Assembly (NCBI GenBank): GCA_009914755.4
Contig: CP068257.2
Location: 13,984,001 to 14,048,000 of the forward strand
Origin: the human T2T-CHM13v2.0 reference genome, Homo sapiens
Direction of reading: 5' to 3'
Length of the DNA: 64,000 bases
The translations under genes were made by a program, and so were the position numbers. Each line of letters starts with the position of its first letter. The first letter of the stretch is position 1. The notes under the pieces were generated by a model. It had not been told where the DNA came from, ran no database searches, and saw nothing but the letters and a program-made list of their open reading frames with translations. This document shows positions 45,236 through 58,965 of this stretch, piece after piece.

Positions 45236-45531
45236 TGTTTTGTTTTTTTGAGACGGAGTTTCACTCTGTCGCCCAGGCTGGAGTGCAGGGCTGTGATCTC
45301 AGCTGACTGCAATCTCCACCTCCTGGGCTCAAGTGATTCTCCTGTCTCAGCCTCCTGAGTATCTTGGATTACAGGCGTGCACCCCCACCCCCGGCTAGTT
45401 TTTGTATGTTTTGTAGAGACAGGGTTTCGCCGCGTTGGCCAGGCTGGCCTTTAAATCCTGGGCTCAAGTGATCTGCCTGCCTCAGCCTCCCAAAGTGCTG
45501 GGATTACAGGCGTGAAGCGCTGTGTCCGGCC
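45236..45531 (-). mobile_element. Alu SINE (older, more diverged) forming a tandem pair with the previous one
   Basis: tgttttgtttttttgagacggagtttcactctgtcgcccaggctggagtgcagggctgtgatctcagctgactgcaatctccacctcctgggctcaagtgattctcc ... ctgggattacaggcgtgaagcgctgtgtccggcc. Outer TSD tcacccatctttt at 44914-44926 and 45532-45544 brackets the pair. Confidence 0.95.
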
Positions 45532-47164
45532 TCACCCATCTTTTCTATACAAATTATAAATGAAATAATAGGAATAAAGAAAACCATCTTGTGAATCATA
45601 ACCATGCCCTCTCCGCTTGTTTAACAGGCAAGGAGACAACTTAAAGAGACCAAAGAACAACTGTGAATTTGTTTAAAATATGACGGTAGTAGAAAACAAA
45701 AAATATTTCAGTTTCAGTGAAAGAGAGTGTCTTTGTTTTTAGCTATGTGAAAAAATCACTGAGAACGGTTTTAGAAGATTAATAGTAACTTTACTTGCAG
45801 AAAATATAAATCATTGCTAGATTTGTGATGGACCATCTAACCTGAGTGACAAATTCAAAGGTAGCCACTACATTTCAGGAAGACCCAAGAGTTCCATAGA
45901 CATATACCATACTTTTAAGATTTAGCTATCATGATGCTTCATGAAAATAAAACAAAACCATAAAATGTTTTCAGTGGTATCAGTTCTTTACCTGGTTGAA
46001 TACTAGCATCTGCAAGAAGACTAATAATTTTCCAAAACATTTTAAGTGAAACTAAATCAAAAACTGCGGCCATCTCTACTGTTGAAAATATGTCACCCTA
46101 TATATCATTATGCATTACAAATGAACACTCTAAGAACAAATTAAATTAAATTCAGACCTTCTTTACTTGTTATACATACTTCTAGCTGATGGTATCTCAC
46201 CAGTGATATTTTATTTCTTCTATATGAAATGAAAGATTTCAACATATTTTTGAAAATATAATTAAGTTTTATTTAAGTCTGAAAAAATATTTTTTTCTCA
46301 TTTGAAGCATCCATTGATGCCTTCTCCTGATATCTAGCCCATTTCCCTATCACTAAAGCATTTATACATTTACAGAGGAGTGATTATGTATTATCCATAT
46401 TACAGATCCCTCTGGAGGTATCAGCATAAAACAAATAAAAATTGAGTCAATTTCTGCTTAGAGTAAATTAATCTATGTCATATTTCACTCATGATCATTT
46501 TTATTTTCTGTTCAAAGGTGCTAATTTAGTCAATTAATTAAAGGAACTTTTTTCTAGCACACACATCAATATGCTTTATCAAATATTGGAAGTTTTTTTT
46601 TTTCTGTTTACAACTGTAGTGAGATTTAACCAGTGATATTAGACTCTATTTCACTAAACTGAATAGAATCCTTTCGGGAATCAAGAGTCTTTTAGCACTT
46701 ATTTGTTCTTTAGTTTAACTGTGAAAAGAAAAATAATTCAGCAGGATTCATCAAACAATGCCAAATTATGAATTAAGATACGAATGATGCATTAAGTTTC
46801 TTAGTGGACAGATATAGCACATTGTAACAGACAATTTTCTGAGAAATGTAATTTATATTCAGAGATCCACAATCCATAGTGTATAATATGCATGCATATA
46901 AATAAAACAAAGTTGATCACCAAATTATTAACTACTGAGCTCTAATATTTTCCTTGCAGTTAACTAAATAAATGAGATCTTCATGGGTCTCTTTTGGGAT
47001 ATCTATACTGTAACAAGAAGATAGGAAATTTAAGCTTAAATCAGTTGTATTAACACCAATAGTGAGTGAAAACTTTCAAGGATTTTTTTTTACATGTTGA
47101 CATGAAGAGGAGAAAGTAAAATTTAACATTAGTTCATTCAGGTTTTATACTTGTTGGTATTTTA

Positions 47165-47490
47165 CAGATTGAATGTTTATGTGTCCCCTCCCTAAAATTC
47201 ATGCTTTGAAACATAACTCCCAATGTAATGGTATTTGTAGGCAGGGCCTTTGAATGAGTGTCCTTATAAAAGAGATCACAGAGAGATACCTCACCCCTTC
47301 TGCCATGTGAGGACACAGTAAGAAGATGGCACTCTAGGAACCAGGAAGAGGGCCCTCAACAGACAATGAATCTGTAACCGTGATCTTGGGCTTTCCAGCT
47401 CCAGAATTGTGAAAAATGTATTTCTGTTGTTTGTAAGCCATCCAGTCTATATTATTCTATTATGGCAGCCCGAACTGACTAAGGCAGGTA
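47165..47490 (+). mobile_element. ERVL-MaLR-type LTR, family B copy 3 (internally deleted)
   Basis: ..aactcccaatgtaatggtatttgtaggcagggcctttgaatgagtgtccttataaaagagatcacagagagatacc..ccttctgccatgtgaggacacagtaagaagatggcac...ccagctccagaattgtgaaaaatgtatttctgttgtttgtaagccatccagtctatattattctattatggcagcccgaactgactaaggca. Confidence 0.6.
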
Positions 47491-50150
47491 GTGTCTTAGT
47501 GTCCTAGGGCTCCTATAACAAAGTACCAGAAATTAGCTCGTTTAAAACAACAGAAATCTGTTCTCTCACAGGTCTTGAGACTGGCAGCCTGAAACCAAGG
47601 AGTTGGCAAGGCCATGCTGCCTCTGAAACTCCTGGGGAGGACACTTCCTTCCCTCTTACAAATCTGGGTAAGCTCAAGTGTCCCTCAGCCAAAAGATGGC
47701 CTACCAAGAGGGTCATTTGATTAGAAATGCATGTTCACGAGGGGTCTTCAGCATTGACTTATCTATCTCCAAAAGGAATAGCATAAAATCACAGAATTGA
47801 AAGAACCTGTGTGTCTCATAACTTGAAATTTGTAAACTACTTACCAGATCATACCATCTATAGTGAACTGTCGATTAATAGTTTCTATAAATTCTGAAGT
47901 TAACTTGTAAATAGTAAATTATATTTTCATCTTGAAAGGATTAATCTGTTTAATGTGAACAGGTAAGGTAGACTAGAATTTTATTAACTTTTTTTAAAAA
48001 AAACCTTGATTTTTTAATATAAGTGTCAAAAATAAAAAGTGGCCTGTGCCTCTTCAAAATTTTAAAAAATACAAGAACTTAGAAGGTTTTTGTTTCTGAG
48101 CCTGGTTTATTGGAGAGTGTGTGATAGGTAACCTCTAGGATGCTATCACCTATGAACCTATGAACCCTGCCTCCTGGAATTCACCCATTGTGTGTAATCC
48201 CTTTCCCTGGAGTGTGAGCTGGACTTCTTGACTTGCTTCCAAGAAGAGATTAAGATGAATGTGATGGGATGTTACTTCTAAGATTAAGTTTTAAGAGACT
48301 GTGGCTTCCATACTGTTTGTTCTCTTGTGCTGTCTCGTAGATCGTTTGCTCTGGACATGCTCCTGGAGAAACTCATGTGATTAGGGAAGTTAGAAACTGA
48401 TTCCCCATCTAGTTGAGCCTTCAGATGAGACTGCAGCCCCAGTCAAGAGCCTGACTGCAATCTAATGAAAACCTTGAGCCATGCCCAGGATCCCTGATCC
48501 ACAAAAACTGATAATAAATGTGTATTGTTTTAAGCCTTTGAACCACTAAATTGTGGAGGAATTTGTTATGCAACCACAGATGACTAATAAGGAGGAAGGG
48601 GAAAGGCCGAGGATTCTATTATAATATAGTGTTAAGGTCATGTGCTTAGGAATCAGTTTTTCCAATAACTTAAAAACATTTTATTCAAGTAATATATTAC
48701 TTTAGCTAGATCAAAAATTTCAAATACCAAAGATATAAAAAGAGTAACATTTAATCTCCAATCTCCTTTAATTCTACATCCCTCTCCTGAGTTAATCAAA
48801 CAGTTATTTTCCCAAACATTTTCTCTGCATTTACATTTTCATATATGATTTTTTATTTCACAGGAATGACATGGAATAGTCTACAACCATTTTTTAAATT
48901 AACCAGTCCTGAAGACCTTCCCACAGATGTACACAGATGTCTAATTTTATTATTTTAGCTGCTGCTGAAATCAATAACATATCTATAACACAATTTTATT
49001 TAATCTACCCTGACTATTACACATTTGGGTTATTTCTAATATTTTACTCTGACCAAAACTGTTGCAATTAATAGACTTGTGCTTATCTTTTTGTGCTCAT
49101 GAACTAGGTGTTTCTAAGACAGACTTGTAGAGGTAGAATTTCAAAGGACATGACAGTTTTTGATAGAAAGACTCAAATTATCCTTTTTAGCAGAATAACA
49201 ATTCACACTGTCACAGCAGTGTACTCCAATTCTGGTTTTCCCACATCTATGTCAATACTAGATTTTTAAAACAGTTTTAGAACACATTCCACCCGCTTCT
49301 TCCACCCCGCAGAAGAATGACGTATTTTGCATTTCTTCTGATTTTCATAATTTACTTTTGAAATGGTTTAGATCTTTAAATCACCTGGGATGTTTTCAGC
49401 AATGTTTAATTGACCTATAGATTGAGTTTGGAGAAGATTATAACACTAACAAGAAAATAGGTAGTATTTTCAATGGACTCTAAATTAACCCATTGAATAC
49501 AAACCTGTTGAATTCCTCATTTCCTTCTCATCAGAATATCCTGCAGTTCTTCTATTACCTAGTTGATAATCTGTAAAGAGTCATCAAATTGAACTGATTA
49601 AATTGCCTGGGGGGTTTTGGTCATCTGCCATTGAAAGGTACAGTGACTTCCTAGAACCCAGATCTTGATTTCTACATACTATTATTCACTAAAAAACAAA
49701 TGAAAAGCCAAATGACAACAACAGAAACTGAGGTTCCTTAGAGAAACGACTAAATCAGCAGCAGGGTTGGAGAAAGTATGAGATAAGACTGGAACATCTT
49801 GTGACAGAAAGTATGGAAGTGGTTACAGGATGATGGACACATGCGAAAACGACATGGGAGTGGGCTTGAGAGATCTCCACCTGGCCCAATTAGAACAATT
49901 TAGGCATCGACCTAAATAATGATGGTAACTTATTATAATCTACTGAATAAAATAAGAATCCACAAGTCTATGATAGAAATAAATATGTGGAGAAAATAGA
50001 GAGAGAAAAGTTTCTTAGAATGCCAACTAATAAACGTAGACATGATGATAGGAAATTACCATTCAGCAACTGTCAAAGCAATACCTGATCTCGGCAAGAA
50101 TCATCAATGAATGCTAAACCTCGTGAGTGAAAGTAATATGAAAAATAGAT

Positions 50151-50254
50151 TGTATCGGTCAGAGTTCTCCTGAGACACAGATTCAACAGAATCTGTTACA
50201 TCTCTCTATTTATATTTATATAAAATATAAAATTATACATATAGACATATATTC

Positions 50255-50293
<39 letters not shown>

Positions 50294-50617
50294 TGTAATT
50301 TAAGGAATTGGTGCATATGATTGTGGCGGCTGGCAAGTCAGGCCAGCAGGCTGAAAACAAAGGCAAAATTTCTGTGTTACAATCTCAAGGCAGAATTCTT
50401 CCTCTCCAGAAAACTTCAGGTTTTGTTCCTAAAGCCTTCAGTTAATTGAATGATGCCCAATCACATTACTGAGAGTAACCTTCTTTATTTAAAGTGAACT
50501 GATTGGAAACAATACTCACACCTACAAAGTATGTTCACAGCAACATCTAGATTTATATTTGACCAAACAACTAAGCACCATAGCCTAGCCAAGCTGACAT
50601 GTAAATTAATCATCACA
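50151..50617. mobile_element. LTR-like interspersed repeat, family C copy 2, carrying an internal (AC)n microsatellite at 50259-50290
   Basis: tgtatcggtcagagttctcctgagacacagattcaacagaat...(TA-rich)(AC)16...gatgtaatttaaggaattggtgcatatgattgtggcggctggcaagtcaggccagcaggctgaaaac...gttaattgaatgatgcccaatcacattactgagagtaacc...gttcacagcaacatctagatttatatttgaccaaacaactaagcaccatagcctagccaagctgacatgtaaattaatcatcaca. Parallels 8259-8722 in order and termini. Confidence 0.6.
50259..50290. repeat. (AC)n microsatellite, about 16 units, inside the family C repeat
   Basis: Direct read. Confidence 0.95.
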
Positions 50618-50912
50618 GAGATATTTATGTAACCTCAAAATAATTCACTATAAATGTATTAATCATAAAGGGAGAAATACTAGCTTTATAGACATCAAGC
50701 TATTCATTTGATCAAAGTTAACATCAAAGTTAGTGGGACAAATCCTCACATGATTCTGAGGTTTTCCTATCAAAAAAGCCCAATATTTTCTAAGTATAAG
50801 GGAACCTATGACAGACCCAACTGAAGAATATTCTGTAAAATAATTGGACTATACTCTTATAAAATGTCAGGGTTATGAAAGACGAACAAGACTGAGAAAG
50901 TGTTCAATACTA

Positions 50913-51219
<307 letters not shown>

Positions 51220-52119
51220 GCAACACATGGTCCTGGATTGGATATTTGACAGTGAGGGGGCGCCAGAAGCTGGAGGAGAAGGCTTTAAAGTACACAATTC
51301 ATTGTTAGGACAATTGACGAAATTTTGTAAAAATAACATGTGTTAGATAATAGTATATCTATATTGATTTTTCTTACCTGAATAATTATAGTCTGGTTAT
51401 TTAAGAGTATATACTTTTTCTTAGGAAATACACACTGGTATTTACAGGTCAAGCAGCAAGATTTCTGCAGCCCTCTCTGATGGTTCCAAAAAGTTCATAA
51501 ATAGATTGATAAACAGACAGGATAATAAAGTAAGTGAGACAAAATGTATACATTGGTCAATCGAGGTCAAGAATATACAAGAGTTATTCACATGATTCTT
51601 GTAACTTTTCACTAAACTCAAAATTATGACCCAAAAGAGCAATGTTTACAATGTGTTTCTCATCGTATTGGTAATTTACATTTTTTTGGAAGTGGAAATT
51701 TTTTTTCAAATATTTTGGCTATAGGTCTGTTTCTTAGATACTTAGTTCAACACAAACCCCACCATTTAATTCTCTAAGGAATTTAGGAGCTCTCTTTCCC
51801 ACAATTCAATTTCCAATAGATACTATGATTACTATGAAACCTATGATTTATAGATTTCAAAGTGCTGTACATCACAAAGCAGCATGGGATTAATTTAAAA
51901 GTGTTCAGAATTAGGAGACTAGGCTAATAGTCCAGAGCCATGAGTGCTTATATTTAAGTATTCAACAATATAAATGAGTACATTACTCACATGAATACTA
52001 AGATTCTTACTGTTGATGAACTATTTTGTAATACTATTAACCATTTTTAATTAAAATTATCATTGCGTATGTTGAGTTTTAACGTAGAAAGAGAATAAGA
52101 CTCCTTCGGGAGGTAGTTT

Positions 52120-52355
52120 TTTTTGTTTTGTTTTGTTTTTTGAGGCAGGCTTTCACTCTGTTGCCCAGGCTAGAGTGCAGCAGCATGGTCACAGTTCATA
52201 TGAGCCTCGACAACCCCGGGCTCAGGTGATTCTTCTGCCTCAGACTCCCAAATAGCTGGGACTACAGATGTGTGCTACCATGCCCAGCTAACCTTTTAAT
52301 TTTTGTAGAGATGATGTTTCGCCATGTTGCCCAGGCTTGTCTTGAATCCAGGAGA
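52120..52355 (-). mobile_element. Alu fragment (old, truncated)
   Basis: ttttttttgttttgttttgttttttgaggcaggctttcactctgttgcccaggctagagtgcagcagcatggtcacagttcat...cctcagactcccaaatagctgggactacagatgtgtgctaccatgcccagctaacc...gtttcgccatgttgcccaggcttgtcttgaa. Confidence 0.8.
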
Positions 52356-55300
52356 TAATTATTATATGGATATACTTAGGAATATTTTTAGTGATCTAAG
52401 TAACCAGAAAAAGAGGATCCCTTATTATTCTACCTTCTGACTAGGCTTCACTGAAAACTCTGCTTGTTTTTATGCATAACAAAACTCAGATAATAACTGG
52501 AGAGAAATAACAATTCATTCTTCACAGTAATTCATGCAATTTAGTAATTAAAAATATTAGTTTCCATTTTTATTCCTGGTTCAAATGTGGTAAATGCAAA
52601 CCAGAAAAATTATTAGTCCGATATTGCTAATTAAAACATTCTGTGTCTGTGAGTTACACTTTTAGAAATCAAAAACAGCAATGGATAAAGAAAGTATATT
52701 TTCAGAAATGTAGATTTGTTATTTAAAAATAAAAAGCAGAAATTTTGACAAAAGATATTCTTGAAGACGAACTGGCCATACTGTTCAAAACTGTGTGGTC
52801 GTGGTTTTGAATATAAATGCAATTTCTTATGTATAAAAATAGTTATTTCATGAAGAATTGTACTTCAGTGGAAAATATAATTGAGAGATTACAATTTTTA
52901 AAAAATCATTTACTGCTATTGAAGGTACTGGTAAGTTTCTTTAATAGTTTTACAAATTCCATCCCACTTAGTACTATGGCAATATAAAATTCTATCTAGC
53001 ACATAAATTCTAATTTAATAAATCAACAAAGTATTGTTATGTTTTACTGTGGTTACTAACAACCTTAAGGTCTGTGGCCATCAAGGCAAAACAGTCTCCA
53101 ATCAAAGCCTGGAATGAAGGAGTTAACCATATTATCCATGTGATTTTTGTACACTAAAGAATTAGGTTCTCTAATGTAAATATATATATTATATATATAT
53201 GTGGTTGTTGACAAACATTTTGGACAACTGATTAGATAACAGAGTGAAATGATAACTAGAAAGTTATTCTGCAATCTAAGTACTGTTTGATAGTACATAT
53301 TCTTGGAGAATACATTCCAAACTTAGAATATTTAGGATATTAAATCGTTTCCAGTTACTTTTTCATTCTCTGATTAGATCACAATTTTATCAGTATATGA
53401 AGTCGCCACTTGTTTCACTAAAATGAGTGTCGTGATGAGGCAGCATTATATTTCTTCATTAACAACAGTGTTTGTGTTTCAGCCGTGTTTTCAGAAGGTT
53501 ATGATAGAATCATTCTGATTCCTTTTTAATGTCTTGGCCTATTTGTGAGGAAAGGCAAATATAGGAAACACGGCTGAATCCAAACTGCTGTCCGTTAACT
53601 GAACCTATATTTGAAATAAAAGTATTACTTTAGCTATAACCATAATATTCTTTCATAAAATGACCTAAAGACAATGGCAGTTGCCTGATGGAGCAGCTTC
53701 CTGTGTAAGATGACTGCCTAACTAGAATTTATGTGCAGTATTTAATGTGTGGAGTTGCATTTTGAAACCAAGAACTTTGCTCCCCTTCCACGGCTACTGC
53801 TCTGATTCAAGCTACTACCACTTCCTCCCTGGACTTATGCAATATCCTGAATGATCTCCCTACATCTTCTCTTGCTCAATTAGAATTCATTTTTACATAG
53901 TAGCAGAGTAACATTACATTCCTGTTCAAAACCTTCCTGTGACTTACAATTGCACCTAAAATTGAAATGTACATGATCCGACCACAACCTCCCTCTGCTG
54001 CTTTGGCCCATCTGGCCCTCTTTCTGTTTTTCTGATAGATACACCAATGTGGATTCTGCCTTGGGTCCTCTGCATTCCTGGTCTCCTCTGCTCTTCTACC
54101 ATCTCTTTTCCAGGCGTGCTCCTTCCCATCATGCAGCTCTCAACCCAAAGGTCTCCGTTCCAGATCTGCCTTCTCTGTAAGTTTCTCAACACACCTTTGC
54201 ATTGTCTTCATAATATTTACCACTATCTGTCATTACCTTGTTAGTTTATGTGTCTTTTTTCTTCCTAATGAAAATAAAAACTCAGCGAGTATAAGGATAT
54301 TTGTTCCTAGGAGGATGTCTAGTATAAAGGGGGAACTCAATAAATATTTGTTTTATAAAATGAATCTTCAAAACTGGTATCATTTTTCTGCTGTAATTGA
54401 AACGTTATTGTCCTAGTGTTATAAAGTGTGTAGATATTATTTTCCTTTAAGCATTTACATGACACAGATTCTGATCATTGTTGGATTTGCAAACAACACT
54501 TAATTGAAAGAAGGAAGTGGCAAACGGTTATGTCTTGCTTCATTGCAGTGAAATAATATTTATTATTCTATTGTTTAAAACATTGAGCAGGCAGAGTCTG
54601 CTTCCTGGAAATAACATGAGTCAGATTCTAACCATGTGCTGATTGCATATTCTCCATTGTAATCATAGGATCAGACACAAATGAAAACTGTGCACAAACA
54701 CCTCTCTGGGCACTTGAGCATTGGACAGTCAACAGGAGCCCTTCACTAGATTCAGCTTCTTAAGGTTCAGCTTCCTACCTAGCTCTAAATCTATACCCTC
54801 AGCACCTGGCATAGTACATGGTGATGGATATAAGATGAACAAATAATATAGGTGAAAATTGATCAACCTACTATTATCAGTCATCAATAAATGAGAAAGG
54901 TTGGCTCTAAAACTTTATTTCCAAGCCAGGCATTTTTCTATGAGAAAATAAGTTCCTGATTCTAATGTTAGCTGTCTAAGTTAGCTCATTTAAACGCAAA
55001 TTTTACATTCATTTTTCATCAATATTTATTAAGTTTTTTCTGTGCTAGGCAATATGGATACAACGGTAGAAAAACCAACACAGATCCTGTTTTCAGGGAA
55101 CATACGGTCATCTAGAGTCACAAATATGATCAGCCAATCAGCCAAGCATATATTAATAATTATGAATTGTGATAAGCACATTTAAAGAAGCTATGGGAGT
55201 ATATGGCAATAATATATGATTTAGTCTGAGGGGTCAAAAAAGGCTTTGATGAGAAGGTGACTTTTTAGTCGAGATCGGAAAAATGATTAAGAATTAAATA

Positions 55301-56863
55301 AAGTGAGAAGTTTGAAGAGAGTTGTAGTTATGGGGAGAAAAGAGCATGAACACAGACCTGAGGTGGGAGGAAGAATGGATGTTGAAAGAACTGACAGACC
55401 AGCAGTGTGGCTGAATGGAGATGAAGAAAAGAAGGACAGAGACTGGCACAGATGAGACTGGAGAAGTGGGCAGGAGAGAGATCATGGGGACAGTAAGTAT
55501 TGTAGGCAGTTAAGGGCCATTGGTATATTTTAAGTCTAGGTAATAGGATCAAATTTGCTGTACTGTTGCTCCTGCAATGTGCTGAATGTGAAACCTAGCC
55601 AAATGCAAAGTTTTATTAGAGACTTGGAACCTCCCTCAGGTATGTCAGTGATGGGAAAGGGAGTGAGCTAATGACATCTGACTTCTTGATCCTACCTCAT
55701 CCTGGTACACAGATGAATAAGCTGGTGGAAACCTATTTTGAAATATATGCTTGATGTACACACTTAGGGCAACACAGAGTTTGCCATGATTACAGAGTTA
55801 TTGGAATAGAATTGTTTAATTATGCCATCACCAATTGCAAGTGAAATGTACAATCTTAGGATCTTGCCACAAAAGTCTTTTCAATTTCAAATAATAATTT
55901 TAAATAATTTTCTCTTTGCTATATAAACTGAGACTTTGTGAGCATGTATTTTAATACACTTATTTTATTGATGTATAGAATTCAAGTGTTAGATTCTACT
56001 ACGACCCTCAAGGTCTTCTATGATTTTGCTACTTGAAATACGGTCCAGGTACCAGTAGCATCAGCAGCAACTAGGAGCTTATTAGAAAGTTGAAATCTCA
56101 GTTCCCAACCAAACTAACTGAATTAGAATCTGCATTTCTAAAAGATCTGTAGGTGATTTGTTTGCACGTTAAAGCTTGAGAGGAATTGCCCTACAACTTT
56201 ATTCTATTTATTTAGAACAGGAACTTGATCCTATTTATATAGGAATCTCTATTTGAATAATTGAAAAGGTTTAGTTTAATGTCATTTTTGTTCAATTTCG
56301 TTAAACATAATATCTTTGTGTTGTGAAGTATGCAGCTATTTAATACTGAGTTGTAAGAGTCAAATTGGAAGAGTTTGGTAAATCAACATTTTTAAAAATT
56401 TTCTATTTCTCAAACATGTCTTCTCCCATCCCTTCGATGGGTGCATATTTATACGTTCTTATTTAAAATACACAGTGTGGTAAACACCAACATACATGTA
56501 GTGTCTTCCTGGAAGAAGAAGGTTATTTCTAGACTCATTCATTGAACAGTGTATTTATGATGGAAATGAAAAATGTTGTCATAAATGCAGCAAGAGGATT
56601 TGGCATGAGAGAACTATTTTTCATTAATCTTAGGGACAAATGACTGTTTTTTAAAGAAAGTTTGTTAAACTTTTTTTAATTTGCCAAAAGAAAGTTCCAG
56701 AGCTTAGGCTGGAGCAGATTTTGAGTGAACAAAATTAATATATTTCACGTCATAAAATTTTTGAAAATGGATTTGCTGTTTGGGTCCTTGCATTAGTGTT
56801 CTATTTGCTGCTATAGAAAATTATTATAACTTACTGACTCCAAGCAACACAAGTTTATTATTT

Positions 56864-57300
56864 TATAGTCTGGAAGTTAGCAGTCCAACATGGGTCTCAG
56901 CAGACTAAAATCAAGATGTCGGGAAGGCTGTGTTGCTTTCTGGAGTCTCTAAGGGAGAATCCATTTTCTGGCCTTTTCCAGCTTCTAGAGGCCACCAACA
57001 TTCTTTACCTTGTGGCCCTTTCCACTTTCAAAGCCAGCAACGACAGGTTCAATCTTTCTCACATTGCATCACACTGACATGGACACTGCTGACTCCCTCT
57101 TTACTTTTAAAGACCCTTGAGATTTTATTAGATTATTGGATCAATAATCCAGAATAATATCCCTAGTTTAAGGTCAGCTGATTAGCTACCTTAATTCCGT
57201 TTGCGACCTTATTTCCCCTTTGACATACACCATATTCATAGGTTCTGAGGATTTGAGCATGGACATCTTTAGGGGCCATTATTCTGCCTACCACAATCCC
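56864..57300 (+). mobile_element. LTR-like interspersed repeat, family D copy 2 (resembles MLT1-type MaLR LTRs)
   Basis: tatagtctggaagttagcagtccaacatgggtctcagcagactaaaatcaagatgtcgggaaggctgtgttgctttctggagtctctaagggagaatcc...ccagcttctagaggccacc...cactttcaaagccagcaacgacaggttc...ggacatctttaggggccattattctgcctaccaca. Collinear with 14423-14835. Confidence 0.55.
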
Positions 57301-58619
57301 TGCAGGAAGGGGTGGGTGCCATGGAATGTGGGGAAGGGAGAGAAATAATTCTCATGAGTGATAAGGAGAAGGAAGCTCCTGCAAATGGTGGCAGGCTGTG
57401 TTCTCAGGAGAAAGACACCAGTGAGAGTTTCTCTATAGTAGGGGTTGTCAATGAGACTACAAACTGATTTTTATCATGGTTTTTAACATACCACTTTAGG
57501 GTGATCCCTGTTCTGCACATTTCTGTAGTTCTCCATGAAGCCCTAACATCTAGTAAAAAAATCTGTTATTTAGGGTGACTTTTTGGAAAGAAGGAAGAAG
57601 ATGGGAGAGCTATGTTTGTCAAGCCTGGATGAAAGCCAAGCTCAGAGAGAACAAAGCTGCAGAGTGAAGATGATTAGAAGGGATTGTAAATCAAGTCAGG
57701 AGCAGAAATTCACAGCGAGAGAGAGTGGAAGGGAGCTCACGCCATTCCCATGCCCCACCACTCATAGGAGTTCAGAGGAGTTTGACATTACATTTCAACT
57801 AAGCAAAAGTGATTCAACAGATACAGATGGAGTTCCTCATATGGTTTGGGCTCTGAGATACAAAGGCAAATAAAATATGTTACTACCTTCAAAGTGTTTG
57901 CAGTCTAAAGGAGACTGAGAAGTCAATGCCTATTATAGGACAAAGTCTGCATGCAGCAATGCACAAGGAGCTTCTGGGAGCATGAGGAGAATCTTCCAAA
58001 GTGGATTGTGCATGCCACCAAGGAAGGCTTTCCAGAGATGAGGTTTCAGTTCTGTATGGAAGGATGACTCTGGTGCATCAGTGATCTTTTTCCCTGTTTG
58101 AGTCTAATCGTTCCCTCTCTTCTTCCCCTTTCTTTTCTGTATTCAAACAAGCTCTCTAAGGTTCCCCATTTTTAGTAGTTTTGTAATCCCCCTCCCAGCT
58201 CCACATGTCCATTCTGTGGCTGCCTCCTCTCTGTTTCTTTTCCTGCCAAACTTCTTGAAAGGACTACCTACACTTGATTTTTCTACATTCTTATATCTTG
58301 TTTACCTCTATTCCTTAACTGTCTGGGTTCCAAATGCTGTCTGCAAACCTGCCTAAGACTGCTCTCTCCAGAGATACCAACAATTTCTTTGCTGAAACAA
58401 AAGAAGCATTTTTCAGTCCTTCATATTGTGAACTGTCTGGCACATCTGACACCACTACTAACTTCCTTCTGGAAATACTCTTCCTTTCTCTTCTAGGATA
58501 ACAAGATTCTGATCTCCTCCCACCTTTCTGGCCAAGCCTGAATCTCTTTATCAGCTGCCTTCTCCTCCAACCCTCCAATAAGAATCAATTATCTAATGTA
58601 TGTTCACATACTTTTGCTA

Positions 58620-58965
58620 CAGCCTGAATGTTTGTTCCACCCAAAATTCATACGTTGACACTTAGGTCCCAGTGTGATGATATAAGGAGATAAGGCTCTT
58701 GGGAGATGATTACATCATGAGAACTTCATCCTCATGAACCAGATTAGTACCCATACAAAAGAGGCTCGAGAAAAATTGCTCACCCCTCTGTCATGTGAAG
58801 ATGCAGTGAGAAGGCCCCATCTATGAAGCAGAGTGAGCTCTCACCAGACACCAAATCTGCTGGTGCCTTGATCTTGGATTTCCCAGTCTCCAGAACTGTG
58901 AGTCATAAATTTCAGTTGTTTATAAATTACTCAGTCTGTGGTATTTTCTTAGAGCAGCTCTAATG
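58620..58965 (+). mobile_element. ERVL-MaLR-type LTR, family B copy 4
   Basis: ..cccagtgtgatgatataaggagataaggctcttgggagatgattacatcatgagaacttcatcctcatgaaccagattagtacccatacaaaagaggc...ctctgtcatgtgaagatgcagtgagaaggcccc...caccagacaccaaatctgctggtgccttgatcttggatttcccagtctccagaactgtgagtcataaatttcagttgtttataaattactcagtctgtggtattttcttagagcagctctaatgaactaag. Confidence 0.65.
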